Of a DNA stretch of 64,000 nt, positions 1-10,116 are shown one piece after another (position 1 is the first letter of the stretch; every line of letters starts with the position of its first letter). Below the pieces are notes generated by a model, which was not told the origin of the DNA, searched no databases, and saw only the letters and a list, made by a program, of their open reading frames with translations. Both the position numbers and the translations under genes were made by a program. The stretch spans positions 14,384,001 through 14,448,000 of the forward strand of contig OZ024740.1 in NCBI GenBank assembly GCA_964016885.1. The letters run 5' to 3'. Source of the stretch: Eledone cirrhosa. Its lineage: Eukaryota.

Positions 1-210
1 CCTGTAGTTGCTAGCTATATTAGCTCCGCATACAGGTCTTGTTGGTGGTCCTATTGTCGGGTCGTCGACTGTCTTGTGGTCTTTGCGGAGCCCATACAAG
101 GGTGGTATGCCATTGTTAGACGCCTGGAAGTTGTTGGCAGTGCGTCTGCTTGGCTTTAGGATGTCAGTCCACATCATCATGTGAGCGTTGAGGATTTTTT
201 CCTCTCCCAT
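1..210 (-). CDS. PLE-A ORF2, N-terminal part (truncated by the window edge)
   Basis: Matches 4148-4357. Confidence 0.8.
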   Translation of the reverse strand, partial: MGEEKILNAHMMMWTDILKPSRRTANNFQASNNGIPPLYGLRKDHKTVDDPTIGPPTRPVCGANIASNYR

Positions 211-1822
211 CGTGTGTTAGTTGTGCAACTTCGCTCGTGTTGGTGATGTGGGGTTGCATTGCCTCGATGTAGTTCGGCATGCTATCTATTGACATCCTAC
301 CAGACTTATCTGTGGGTAGACATACTACCTCACCATCCCTTGTGCGCTGCTTGAGGCTAACCAAGCCTTCTACAGGTTTTATCCCAAGTTGTTGGGCCTC
401 TGGTCTGCTCTGTCTCATAGTGTACCTGTCTACTACTTGTCTAATCTTATTTCTAGCTATGGTGAACTGTGCCTCCGTCTCGTCATCTATTTGTTGTGGT
501 ATGCAAACTCTTTTATTAAAGGGTAACCTCGTAGGATAGATATTACCCATCTTATATGTTTTGTCAGCTGGGTTGAAAAATAGTTTCTCTAAGGGGTTGT
601 CGTTATTTCTATCGTCATAGTTGTGTGTGTTGCTATTATTGTTATCATGGTGGTTGTTGTTGTTTCTATCCTTAGCATTAATATTATTATTGTTATGATT
701 GCTAGATGTATTGTTGTTTACTTCACCGTTATTGTTGTTGTTGTTACTGCTATTTCTACCATTGTGGTTGTTACTATTATTATGTTTCTTGTTTTTGTTG
801 ATGTTGCTACATGTACTATTTCCATTATTACCACTGTGGTTATTGTTGTTGTTGTTGTTCGTATTGTTACCGTTATTACTACTGTGGTCACTGTTGCTGT
901 GTCTGTGGTTAACGTTTCTATTATTATTATTATTGTGGTTGTTGTTGTTCTGTCTATCGCTAGTATTATTACCATTATCACTATTTCTCACTTTCCTGCC
1001 ATTGTTATGGTTATGGCTGTTATTTCTATACCCAGAGTTATTGTTTATATTACTACTACCGTTATTATTGTTGTTGTTGTTTACCTTTGCATTCCAACGT
1101 ATTTTTGTGAAACACTTTTCCAGCTCCGTTTTGCATTCCATAGGATTAATCTTTTTGTAGATGGCAAATTTTGGTGGTAACTTTAGGATTTGTTGTTCTT
1201 GTTCACTGATTAAAGTGTTCCCATAGATATTTACTGTGTGGTCATTGGTAAATTCTTCCGGTAGTTTTACATCACTCATACGGATGTTGTCGATGTTATC
1301 TGGGTATTTTTGAGAATATTCGATTTTCCTTTCTTGTAGTTTTTTCTTATTCATCCATTCTAATTTCTTCTTGAAATGCCTACAGCATTCGTTTTGAGCA
1401 TATTTCGTTTCGCGTCGGATGACGCTCATGAAGTCATCTCTCTCGTTTGCTGTGATGAGATTTCGGATTTCCTTACCGTTGATGCGTTTTTGTCTGTAGA
1501 GTGCGTTGACTTTTGTGTATGTTGTTCTTTTCATATTAACTGTTATTGTGTGTTTTAGCCGTTCAGCTTGTGTTTTGTTCAATAATAAATTATTTACTTG
1601 TTTTGATATGTTTGTTGTGTATGTTTTGGAGGAAACACAGTGTTTTAAGAAGCGGATTTGTTCTGTTGTTATTGTAGTTTTTATATAACAGAAAACAGTG
1701 TCTTTCAATAACCTTTCAGCTTGGCACAAGCTAATGCCATAGCGGCGATGAATTAGTTTTGCGAGGTTTTTTATATGAAATCGTGTGTCGAAACAGATAT
1801 TGTTATATTTGGGGAGGGTCAT
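164..1822 (-). CDS. PLE-A ORF1: PLE N-terminal region with Asn-rich insert and DKG-like motif (TDKSG), copy 1
   Basis: 552 aa. LPPKF...KIRW and GLVSLKQR..GEVVCLPTDKSG resemble the pre-RT region of PLE proteins. Confidence 0.85.
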   Translation of the reverse strand: MTLPKYNNICFDTRFHIKNLAKLIHRRYGISLCQAERLLKDTVFCYIKTTITTEQIRFLKHCVSSKTYTTNISKQVNNLLLNKTQAERLKHTITVNMKRTTYTKVNALYRQKRINGKEIRNLITANERDDFMSVIRRETKYAQNECCRHFKKKLEWMNKKKLQERKIEYSQKYPDNIDNIRMSDVKLPEEFTNDHTVNIYGNTLISEQEQQILKLPPKFAIYKKINPMECKTELEKCFTKIRWNAKVNNNNNNNGSSNINNNSGYRNNSHNHNNGRKVRNSDNGNNTSDRQNNNNHNNNNNRNVNHRHSNSDHSSNNGNNTNNNNNNNHSGNNGNSTCSNINKNKKHNNSNNHNGRNSSNNNNNNGEVNNNTSSNHNNNNINAKDRNNNNHHDNNNSNTHNYDDRNNDNPLEKLFFNPADKTYKMGNIYPTRLPFNKRVCIPQQIDDETEAQFTIARNKIRQVVDRYTMRQSRPEAQQLGIKPVEGLVSLKQRTRDGEVVCLPTDKSGRMSIDSMPNYIEAMQPHITNTSEVAQLTHDGRGKNPQRSHDDVD

Positions 1823-2335
1823 ATTTGCGTAATATTGCCAGAATTAATAACAGAACACACTCACTGTTTGGTTGGTTTTCGCTTCTCGCTGTCTTTTATA
1901 TATATATATCTGCGATCTAACTTACTCGGTCCTCAATGTTGCCATTGACTGGCCGGCGGTCAAAAATAATACAGATACAATATAGACAAACACATATATA
2001 TATAGTTTACATAAATCTTTCGTTGCACATCTGCAACATCGTCAGTGGTGTTATATTCATTGTTCCTCCTGTTGTGTTGTATGTCTACGCCATTTTTTTT
2101 TTTTTTTTTTTTTTTTTTGTTCAGTCTGTCTATATATTTATTTATTTATTTGCTTGTTTGTTTATCTTATTTTATTTTGTCTTCTTTGCGCATGCGTTTG
2201 CGTGTGTGTATAGTGTTATGTGTGATGTGTGACTAGTGTGTATAGTGTTGTGTCTGCTGGGTGACTAGTGTGTGTTTATGTGCTTGTGTATGTATTTATT
2301 TATCTTATTTTATTTAATTTAATTTACTTATTTAT

Positions 2336-4357
2336 TTATACTTCTCTTAGGTCAGTGTTGTTTGTTTGGGTGTTGTTGTTGTTCCACTCATTCTTTCTGT
2401 TTAGCTTTGGTCTTCTAATTTCTATTTCACTGGCCTCTCTGATTTGCCTATCTGCTGGGTCATTCCTATGTTTAGATATTATTCTAATTTCTATGTTGTC
2501 TATGTTACCGTCATGATGTTGTCTAGCATGTTCGTATAGTACTGACCCGTTTTTTCGTCCTTTTAGTTCCCCCCAGTGTTGGTCTATCCTTTCACCTATG
2601 CTACGAGCTGTCTCACCTATGTATGTTGTTGTCGTGTTTCTGCAAGTACCCTCTGTACATCTTATGCTATAGACTACGTTTCTAGTTTTACAGTTTATCC
2701 GGGGGTTCACCTTACATATGATACATTTCCTATTGGTACAGTGGGTTTTCTTAAAAGGGTAGGTTTTGCTGATCAGGGATTTTATGGTGGTTCCTGGCTT
2801 TTCTACTACCTTTATTTTTAAGTGGGTCTTTCTCAGGGCCTTTCTACACTGGTTAGCTAATTTCCCTCCAGGGGTGGCGTCCACAAACATGACACTCTGA
2901 TATCTCTGGTTGTCGTACCATGATGTGGCCTTCCCTATCTTATGTCTAGCCCTATCTAAGCTATTCCATGATTTGCTCCTGTATAGTGGGCAAATTCCTT
3001 TCATGTCCAGTTCTATGAGGGTCTTATACTTTTCCATGGCTCCTTCGTATACTCTGACTCTGTCTCTTTGGTTGTAGCCAGAGAACTGCATGCGGTTGAT
3101 GAAGTGTTGGATGTGTCCTTCCATTTCTGTTGGGTCGCACATGCTGGACACATTCTTCATCACTCGTACCAAATCTGCGATCAGAATATTAAACTTAGCA
3201 CTACTGGACATTGCTGAGTTTTTGAGTATCAGGTATTTGGAGGCCATGGGTTTAGCATAGTGTGAGTGGAGAATTTGGGCTCTCTCGTCTATAGTGTTAA
3301 TCCAGAGTTCTGTGTCTAATACAGGTAGTCTATTGTTAGGGTGTTTGGAAGGGAAGTCTATAGTTACAGTTATACTCTGGTGTATGGAATTAGCTATCTG
3401 CTGGATGCTTTCCATCGTGCTACGTTCTAAATCAAACTTGTTAGTGCTCTCTAGTGGGGGTGTTCTTATAACTATATTGATATCGTCTACATAACGAGAG
3501 TACATGATGAGGTCTATGGAGCTTTCATTAAGGAGATCTTTAAGTCTCCTTTCCCACCATACCATGAAAAGGTTGGCAACATCGCCAGCTATGCTGACGC
3601 CGATGGCTGCTCCCTCATTTTGGGTGTAGATTTTCTCATTGAACTTAAATATGTGGCCCTTTAGGGTAGTTTTGATACTAGCCCCTATTGCATGTGCGAC
3701 CATTTTTCTTACCTGATCAGTGTTTTGGGGGGTCCGTATAGCTTTGGTCCACCCAATCCACCTTCCTATGGGAGTCTTTTTAGCCATTGAGGTTATGGTG
3801 GGGGGTCTACCTCTTATAGGTCTACTAGGGCAGAAACATCTAAGGTCATGGCTGTCTAGGTAGTCAGTGTCGTAGGTAAGTCTAAGTAGGAGGCCCAGTT
3901 CGTCTGTGTCGACGTCGCAGAACTCCACCTCACTCTCAATGATCATCTCCACACATCTTTTCACAGCAAAATCAATGTTAATGGATGGGTACAGTGACAC
4001 CACATCCATGCTGCCTATTATGCAGTTGGATAGGCTCCTGTTTTTGTTGCACTCACTGATTCTGCTGAGGAGGTCCTCTGTACTTTCACATACATCTGGG
4101 GACATCTTGATTATGGGGCGTATAACCATTGAGAGGAAGTAGGAGATCCTGTAGTTGCTAGCTATATTAGCTCCGCATACAGGTCTTGTTGGTGGTCCTA
4201 TTGTCGGGTCGTCGACTGTCTTGTGGTCTTTGCGGAGCCCATACAAGGGTGGTATGCCATTGTTAGACGCCTGGAAGTTGTTGGCAGTGCGTCTGCTTGG
4301 CTTTAGGATGTCAGTCCACATCATCATGTGAGCGTTGAGGATTTTTTCCTCTCCCAT
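2336..4357 (-). CDS. PLE-A ORF2: reverse transcriptase, Cys-rich linker and GIY-YIG endonuclease, copy 1
   Basis: 673 aa. PPLYGLRKDHK, RPV, DVVSLYPSI, YSRYVDD, LPVLD, CTNRKCIIC, VVY-YIG, R...H, E...I..RPKLN. Confidence 0.92.
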   Translation of the reverse strand: MGEEKILNAHMMMWTDILKPSRRTANNFQASNNGIPPLYGLRKDHKTVDDPTIGPPTRPVCGANIASNYRISYFLSMVIRPIIKMSPDVCESTEDLLSRISECNKNRSLSNCIIGSMDVVSLYPSINIDFAVKRCVEMIIESEVEFCDVDTDELGLLLRLTYDTDYLDSHDLRCFCPSRPIRGRPPTITSMAKKTPIGRWIGWTKAIRTPQNTDQVRKMVAHAIGASIKTTLKGHIFKFNEKIYTQNEGAAIGVSIAGDVANLFMVWWERRLKDLLNESSIDLIMYSRYVDDINIVIRTPPLESTNKFDLERSTMESIQQIANSIHQSITVTIDFPSKHPNNRLPVLDTELWINTIDERAQILHSHYAKPMASKYLILKNSAMSSSAKFNILIADLVRVMKNVSSMCDPTEMEGHIQHFINRMQFSGYNQRDRVRVYEGAMEKYKTLIELDMKGICPLYRSKSWNSLDRARHKIGKATSWYDNQRYQSVMFVDATPGGKLANQCRKALRKTHLKIKVVEKPGTTIKSLISKTYPFKKTHCTNRKCIICKVNPRINCKTRNVVYSIRCTEGTCRNTTTTYIGETARSIGERIDQHWGELKGRKNGSVLYEHARQHHDGNIDNIEIRIISKHRNDPADRQIREASEIEIRRPKLNRKNEWNNNNTQTNNTDLREV

Positions 4358-5969
4358 CGTGTGTTAGTTGTGCAACTTCGCTCGTGTTGGTGATGTGGGG
4401 TTGCATTGCCTCGATGTAGTTCGGCATGCTATCTATTGACATCCTACCAGACTTATCTGTGGGTAGACATACTACCTCACCATCCCTTGTGCGCTGCTTG
4501 AGGCTAACCAAGCCTTCTACAGGTTTTATCCCAAGTTGTTGGGCCTCTGGTCTGCTCTGTCTCATAGTGTACCTGTCTACTACTTGTCTAATCTTATTTC
4601 TAGCTATGGTGAACTGTGCCTCCGTCTCGTCATCTATTTGTTGTGGTATGCAAACTCTTTTATTAAAGGGTAACCTCGTAGGATAGATATTACCCATCTT
4701 ATATGTTTTGTCAGCTGGGTTGAAAAATAGTTTCTCTAAGGGGTTGTCGTTATTTCTATCGTCATAGTTGTGTGTGTTGCTATTATTGTTATCATGGTGG
4801 TTGTTGTTGTTTCTATCCTTAGCATTAATATTATTATTGTTATGATTGCTAGATGTATTGTTGTTTACTTCACCGTTATTGTTGTTGTTGTTACTGCTAT
4901 TTCTACCATTGTGGTTGTTACTATTATTATGTTTCTTGTTTTTGTTGATGTTGCTACATGTACTATTTCCATTATTACCACTGTGGTTATTGTTGTTGTT
5001 GTTGTTCGTATTGTTACCGTTATTACTACTGTGGTCACTGTTGCTGTGTCTGTGGTTAACGTTTCTATTATTATTATTATTGTGGTTGTTGTTGTTCTGT
5101 CTATCGCTAGTATTATTACCATTATCACTATTTCTCACTTTCCTGCCATTGTTATGGTTATGGCTGTTATTTCTATACCCAGAGTTATTGTTTATATTAC
5201 TACTACCGTTATTATTGTTGTTGTTGTTTACCTTTGCATTCCAACGTATTTTTGTGAAACACTTTTCCAGCTCCGTTTTGCATTCCATAGGATTAATCTT
5301 TTTGTAGATGGCAAATTTTGGTGGTAACTTTAGGATTTGTTGTTCTTGTTCACTGATTAAAGTGTTCCCATAGATATTTACTGTGTGGTCATTGGTAAAT
5401 TCTTCCGGTAGTTTTACATCACTCATACGGATGTTGTCGATGTTATCTGGGTATTTTTGAGAATATTCGATTTTCCTTTCTTGTAGTTTTTTCTTATTCA
5501 TCCATTCTAATTTCTTCTTGAAATGCCTACAGCATTCGTTTTGAGCATATTTCGTTTCGCGTCGGATGACGCTCATGAAGTCATCTCTCTCGTTTGCTGT
5601 GATGAGATTTCGGATTTCCTTACCGTTGATGCGTTTTTGTCTGTAGAGTGCGTTGACTTTTGTGTATGTTGTTCTTTTCATATTAACTGTTATTGTGTGT
5701 TTTAGCCGTTCAGCTTGTGTTTTGTTCAATAATAAATTATTTACTTGTTTTGATATGTTTGTTGTGTATGTTTTGGAGGAAACACAGTGTTTTAAGAAGC
5801 GGATTTGTTCTGTTGTTATTGTAGTTTTTATATAACAGAAAACAGTGTCTTTCAATAACCTTTCAGCTTGGCACAAGCTAATGCCATAGCGGCGATGAAT
5901 TAGTTTTGCGAGGTTTTTTATATGAAATCGTGTGTCGAAACAGATATTGTTATATTTGGGGAGGGTCAT
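4311..5969 (-). CDS. PLE-A ORF1, copy 2
   Basis: Protein identical to 164-1822. Confidence 0.85.
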   Translation of the reverse strand: MTLPKYNNICFDTRFHIKNLAKLIHRRYGISLCQAERLLKDTVFCYIKTTITTEQIRFLKHCVSSKTYTTNISKQVNNLLLNKTQAERLKHTITVNMKRTTYTKVNALYRQKRINGKEIRNLITANERDDFMSVIRRETKYAQNECCRHFKKKLEWMNKKKLQERKIEYSQKYPDNIDNIRMSDVKLPEEFTNDHTVNIYGNTLISEQEQQILKLPPKFAIYKKINPMECKTELEKCFTKIRWNAKVNNNNNNNGSSNINNNSGYRNNSHNHNNGRKVRNSDNGNNTSDRQNNNNHNNNNNRNVNHRHSNSDHSSNNGNNTNNNNNNNHSGNNGNSTCSNINKNKKHNNSNNHNGRNSSNNNNNNGEVNNNTSSNHNNNNINAKDRNNNNHHDNNNSNTHNYDDRNNDNPLEKLFFNPADKTYKMGNIYPTRLPFNKRVCIPQQIDDETEAQFTIARNKIRQVVDRYTMRQSRPEAQQLGIKPVEGLVSLKQRTRDGEVVCLPTDKSGRMSIDSMPNYIEAMQPHITNTSEVAQLTHDGRGKNPQRSHDDVD

Positions 5970-6482
5970 ATTTGCGTAATATTGCCAGAATTAATAACAG
6001 AACACACTCACTGTTTGGTTGGTTTTCGCTTCTCGCTGTCTTTTATATATATATATCTGCGATCTAACTTACTCGGTCCTCAATGTTGCCATTGACTGGC
6101 CGGCGGTCAAAAATAATACAGATACAATATAGACAAACACATATATATATAGTTTACATAAATCTTTCGTTGCACATCTGCAACATCGTCAGTGGTGTTA
6201 TATTCATTGTTCCTCCTGTTGTGTTGTATGTCTACGCCATTTTTTTTTTTTTTTTTTTTTTTTTTGTTCAGTCTGTCTATATATTTATTTATTTATTTGC
6301 TTGTTTGTTTATCTTATTTTATTTTGTCTTCTTTGCGCATGCGTTTGCGTGTGTGTATAGTGTTATGTGTGATGTGTGACTAGTGTGTATAGTGTTGTGT
6401 CTGCTGGGTGACTAGTGTGTGTTTATGTGCTTGTGTATGTATTTATTTATCTTATTTTATTTAATTTAATTTACTTATTTAT

Positions 6483-8504
6483 TTATACTTCTCTTAGGTC
6501 AGTGTTGTTTGTTTGGGTGTTGTTGTTGTTCCACTCATTCTTTCTGTTTAGCTTTGGTCTTCTAATTTCTATTTCACTGGCCTCTCTGATTTGCCTATCT
6601 GCTGGGTCATTCCTATGTTTAGATATTATTCTAATTTCTATGTTGTCTATGTTACCGTCATGATGTTGTCTAGCATGTTCGTATAGTACTGACCCGTTTT
6701 TTCGTCCTTTTAGTTCCCCCCAGTGTTGGTCTATCCTTTCACCTATGCTACGAGCTGTCTCACCTATGTATGTTGTTGTCGTGTTTCTGCAAGTACCCTT
6801 TGTACATCTTATGCTATAGACTACGTTTCTAGTTTTACAGTTTATCCGGGGGTTCACCTTACATATGATACATTTCCTATTGGTACAGTGGGTTTTCTTA
6901 AAAGGGTAGGTTTTGCTGATCAGGGATTTTATGGTGGTTCCTGGCTTTTCTACTACCTTTATTTTTAAGTGGGTCTTTCTCAGGGCCTTTCTACACTGGT
7001 TAGCTAATTTCCCTCCAGGGGTGGCGTCCACAAACATGACACTCTGATATCTCTGGTTGTCGTACCATGATGTGGCCTTCCCTATCTTATGTCTAGCCCT
7101 ATCTAAGCTATTCCATGATTTGCTCCTGTATAGTGGGCAAATTCCTTTCATGTCCAGTTCTATGAGGGTCTTATACTTTTCCATGGCTCCTTCGTATACT
7201 CTGACTCTGTCTCTTTGGTTGTAGCCAGAGAACTGCATGCGGTTGATGAAGTGTTGGATGTGTCCTTCCATTTCTGTTGGGTCGCATATGCTGGACACAT
7301 TCTTCATCACTCGTACCAAATCTGCGATCAGAATATTAAACTTAGCACTACTGGACATTGCTGAGTTTTTGAGTATCAGGTATTTGGAGGCCATGGGTTT
7401 AGCATAGTGTGAGTGGAGAATTTGGGCTCTCTCGTCTATAGTGTTAATCCAGAGTTCTGTGTCTAATACAGGTAGTCTATTGTTAGGGTGTTTGGAAGGG
7501 AAGTCTATAGTTACAGTTATACTCTGGTGTATGGAATTAGCTATCTGCTGGATGCTTTCCATCGTGCTACGTTCTAAATCAAACTTGTTAGTGCTCTCTA
7601 GTGGGGGTGTTCTTATAACTATATTGATATCGTCTACATAACGAGAGTACATGATGAGGTCTATGGAGCTTTCATTAAGGAGATCTTTAAGTCTCCTTTC
7701 CCACCATACCATGAAAAGGTTGGCAACATCGCCAGCTATGCTGACGCCGATGGCTGCTCCCTCATTTTGGGTGTAGATTTTCTCATTGAACTTAAATATG
7801 TGGCCCTTTAGGGTAGTTTTGATACTAGCCCCTATTGCATGTGCGACCATTTTTCTTACCTGATCAGTGTTTTGGGGGGTCCGTATAGCTTTGGTCCACC
7901 CAATCCACCTTCCTATGGGAGTCTTTTTAGCCATTGAGGTTATGGTGGGGGGTCTACCTCTTATAGGTCTACTAGGGCAGAAACATCTAAGGTCATGGCT
8001 GTCTAGGTAGTCAGTGTCGTAGGTAAGTCTAAGTAGGAGGCCCAGTTCGTCTGTGTCGACGTCGCAGAACTCCACCTCACTCTCAATGATCATCTCCACA
8101 CATCTTTTCACAGCAAAATCAATGTTAATGGATGGGTACAGTGACACCACATCCATGCTGCCTATTATGCAGTTGGATAGGCTCCTGTTTTTGTTGCACT
8201 CACTGATTCTGCTGAGGAGGTCCTCTGTACTTTCACATACATCTGGGGACATCTTGATTATGGGGCGTATAACCATTGAGAGGAAGTAGGAGATCCTGTA
8301 GTTGCTAGCTATATTAGCTCCGCATACAGGTCTTGTTGGTGGTCCTATTGTCGGGTCGTCGACTGTCTTGTGGTCTTTGCGGAGCCCATACAAGGGTGGT
8401 ATGCCATTGTTAGACGCCTGGAAGTTGTTGGCAGTGCGTCTGCTTGGCTTTAGGATGTCAGTCCACATCATCATGTGAGCGTTGAGGATTTTTTCCTCTC
8501 CCAT
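6483..8504 (-). CDS. PLE-A ORF2 (RT plus GIY-YIG), copy 2
   Basis: Same as 2336-4357 except two substitutions (positions 6800 and 7287). Confidence 0.92.
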   Translation of the reverse strand: MGEEKILNAHMMMWTDILKPSRRTANNFQASNNGIPPLYGLRKDHKTVDDPTIGPPTRPVCGANIASNYRISYFLSMVIRPIIKMSPDVCESTEDLLSRISECNKNRSLSNCIIGSMDVVSLYPSINIDFAVKRCVEMIIESEVEFCDVDTDELGLLLRLTYDTDYLDSHDLRCFCPSRPIRGRPPTITSMAKKTPIGRWIGWTKAIRTPQNTDQVRKMVAHAIGASIKTTLKGHIFKFNEKIYTQNEGAAIGVSIAGDVANLFMVWWERRLKDLLNESSIDLIMYSRYVDDINIVIRTPPLESTNKFDLERSTMESIQQIANSIHQSITVTIDFPSKHPNNRLPVLDTELWINTIDERAQILHSHYAKPMASKYLILKNSAMSSSAKFNILIADLVRVMKNVSSICDPTEMEGHIQHFINRMQFSGYNQRDRVRVYEGAMEKYKTLIELDMKGICPLYRSKSWNSLDRARHKIGKATSWYDNQRYQSVMFVDATPGGKLANQCRKALRKTHLKIKVVEKPGTTIKSLISKTYPFKKTHCTNRKCIICKVNPRINCKTRNVVYSIRCTKGTCRNTTTTYIGETARSIGERIDQHWGELKGRKNGSVLYEHARQHHDGNIDNIEIRIISKHRNDPADRQIREASEIEIRRPKLNRKNEWNNNNTQTNNTDLREV

Positions 8505-10116
8505 CGTGTGTTAGTTGTGCAACTTCGCTCGTGTTGGTGATGTGGGGTTGCATTGCCTCGATGTAGTTCGGCATGCTATCTATTGACATCCTACCAGACT
8601 TATCTGTGGGTAGACATACTACCTCACCATCCCTTGTGCGCTGCTTGAGGCTAACCAAGCCTTCTACAGGTTTTATCCCAAGTTGTTGGGCCTCTGGTCT
8701 GCTCTGTCTCATAGTGTACCTGTCTACTACTTGTCTAATCTTATTTCTAGCTATGGTGAACTGTGCCTCCGTCTCGTCATCTATTTGTTGTGGTATGCAA
8801 ACTCTTTTATTAAAGGGTAACCTCGTAGGATAGATATTACCCATCTTATATGTTTTGTCAGCTGGGTTGAAAAATAGTTTCTCTAAGGGGTTGTCGTTAT
8901 TTCTATCGTCATAGTTGTGTGTGTTGCTATTATTGTTATCATGGTGGTTGTTGTTGTTTCTATCCTTAGCATTAATATTATTATTGTTATGATTGCTAGA
9001 TGTATTGTTGTTTACTTCACCGTTATTGTTGTTGTTGTTACTGCTATTTCTACCATTGTGGTTGTTACTATTATTATGTTTCTTGTTTTTGTTGATGTTG
9101 CTACATGTACTATTTCCATTATTACCACTGTGGTTATTGTTGTTGTTGTTGTTCGTATTGTTACCGTTATTACTACTGTGGTCACTGTTGCTGTGTCTGT
9201 GGTTAACGTTTCTATTATTATTATTATTGTGGTTGTTGTTGTTCTGTCTATCGCTAGTATTATTACCATTATCACTATTTCTCACTTTCCTGCCATTGTT
9301 ATGGTTATGGCTGTTATTTCTATACCCAGAGTTATTGTTTATATTACTACTACCGTTATTATTGTTGTTGTTGTTTACCTTTGCATTCCAACGTATTTTT
9401 GTGAAACACTTTTCCAGCTCCGTTTTGCATTCCATAGGATTAATCTTTTTGTAGATGGCAAATTTTGGTGGTAACTTTAGGATTTGTTGTTCTTGTTCAC
9501 TGATTAAAGTGTTCCCATAGATATTTACTGTGTGGTCATTGGTAAATTCTTCCGGTAGTTTTACATCACTCATACGGATGTTGTCGATGTTATCTGGGTA
9601 TTTTTGAGAATATTCGATTTTCCTTTCTTGTAGTTTTTTCTTATTCATCCATTCTAATTTCTTCTTGAAATGCCTACAGCATTCGTTTTGAGCATATTTC
9701 GTTTCGCGTCGGATGACGCTCATGAAGTCATCTCTCTCGTTTGCTGTGATGAGATTTCGGATTTCCTTACCGTTGATGCGTTTTTGTCTGTAGAGTGCGT
9801 TGACTTTTGTGTATGTTGTTCTTTTCATATTAACTGTTATTGTGTGTTTTAGCCGTTCAGCTTGTGTTTTGTTCAATAATAAATTATTTACTTGTTTTGA
9901 TATGTTTGTTGTGTATGTTTTGGAGGAAACACAGTGTTTTAAGAAGCGGATTTGTTCTGTTGTTATTGTAGTTTTTATATAACAGAAAACAGTGTCTTTC
10001 AATAACCTTTCAGCTTGGCACAAGCTAATGCCATAGCGGCGATGAATTAGTTTTGCGAGGTTTTTTATATGAAATCGTGTGTCGAAACAGATATTGTTAT
10101 ATTTGGGGAGGGTCAT
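8458..10116 (-). CDS. PLE-A ORF1, copy 3
   Basis: Protein identical to 164-1822. Confidence 0.85.
   Translation of the reverse strand: MTLPKYNNICFDTRFHIKNLAKLIHRRYGISLCQAERLLKDTVFCYIKTTITTEQIRFLKHCVSSKTYTTNISKQVNNLLLNKTQAERLKHTITVNMKRTTYTKVNALYRQKRINGKEIRNLITANERDDFMSVIRRETKYAQNECCRHFKKKLEWMNKKKLQERKIEYSQKYPDNIDNIRMSDVKLPEEFTNDHTVNIYGNTLISEQEQQILKLPPKFAIYKKINPMECKTELEKCFTKIRWNAKVNNNNNNNGSSNINNNSGYRNNSHNHNNGRKVRNSDNGNNTSDRQNNNNHNNNNNRNVNHRHSNSDHSSNNGNNTNNNNNNNHSGNNGNSTCSNINKNKKHNNSNNHNGRNSSNNNNNNGEVNNNTSSNHNNNNINAKDRNNNNHHDNNNSNTHNYDDRNNDNPLEKLFFNPADKTYKMGNIYPTRLPFNKRVCIPQQIDDETEAQFTIARNKIRQVVDRYTMRQSRPEAQQLGIKPVEGLVSLKQRTRDGEVVCLPTDKSGRMSIDSMPNYIEAMQPHITNTSEVAQLTHDGRGKNPQRSHDDVD

Noticed and set aside
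623-1180. Hydrophobic V/I/L-rich and T-rich ORFs (also at 4770 and 8917)
   Set aside because: Antisense or alternate-frame shadows of the Asn-rich tract.
4311-4313. ORF1 UGA as selenocysteine or a readthrough codon
   Set aside because: The RT continues in a different frame, so readthrough would not join the ORFs.
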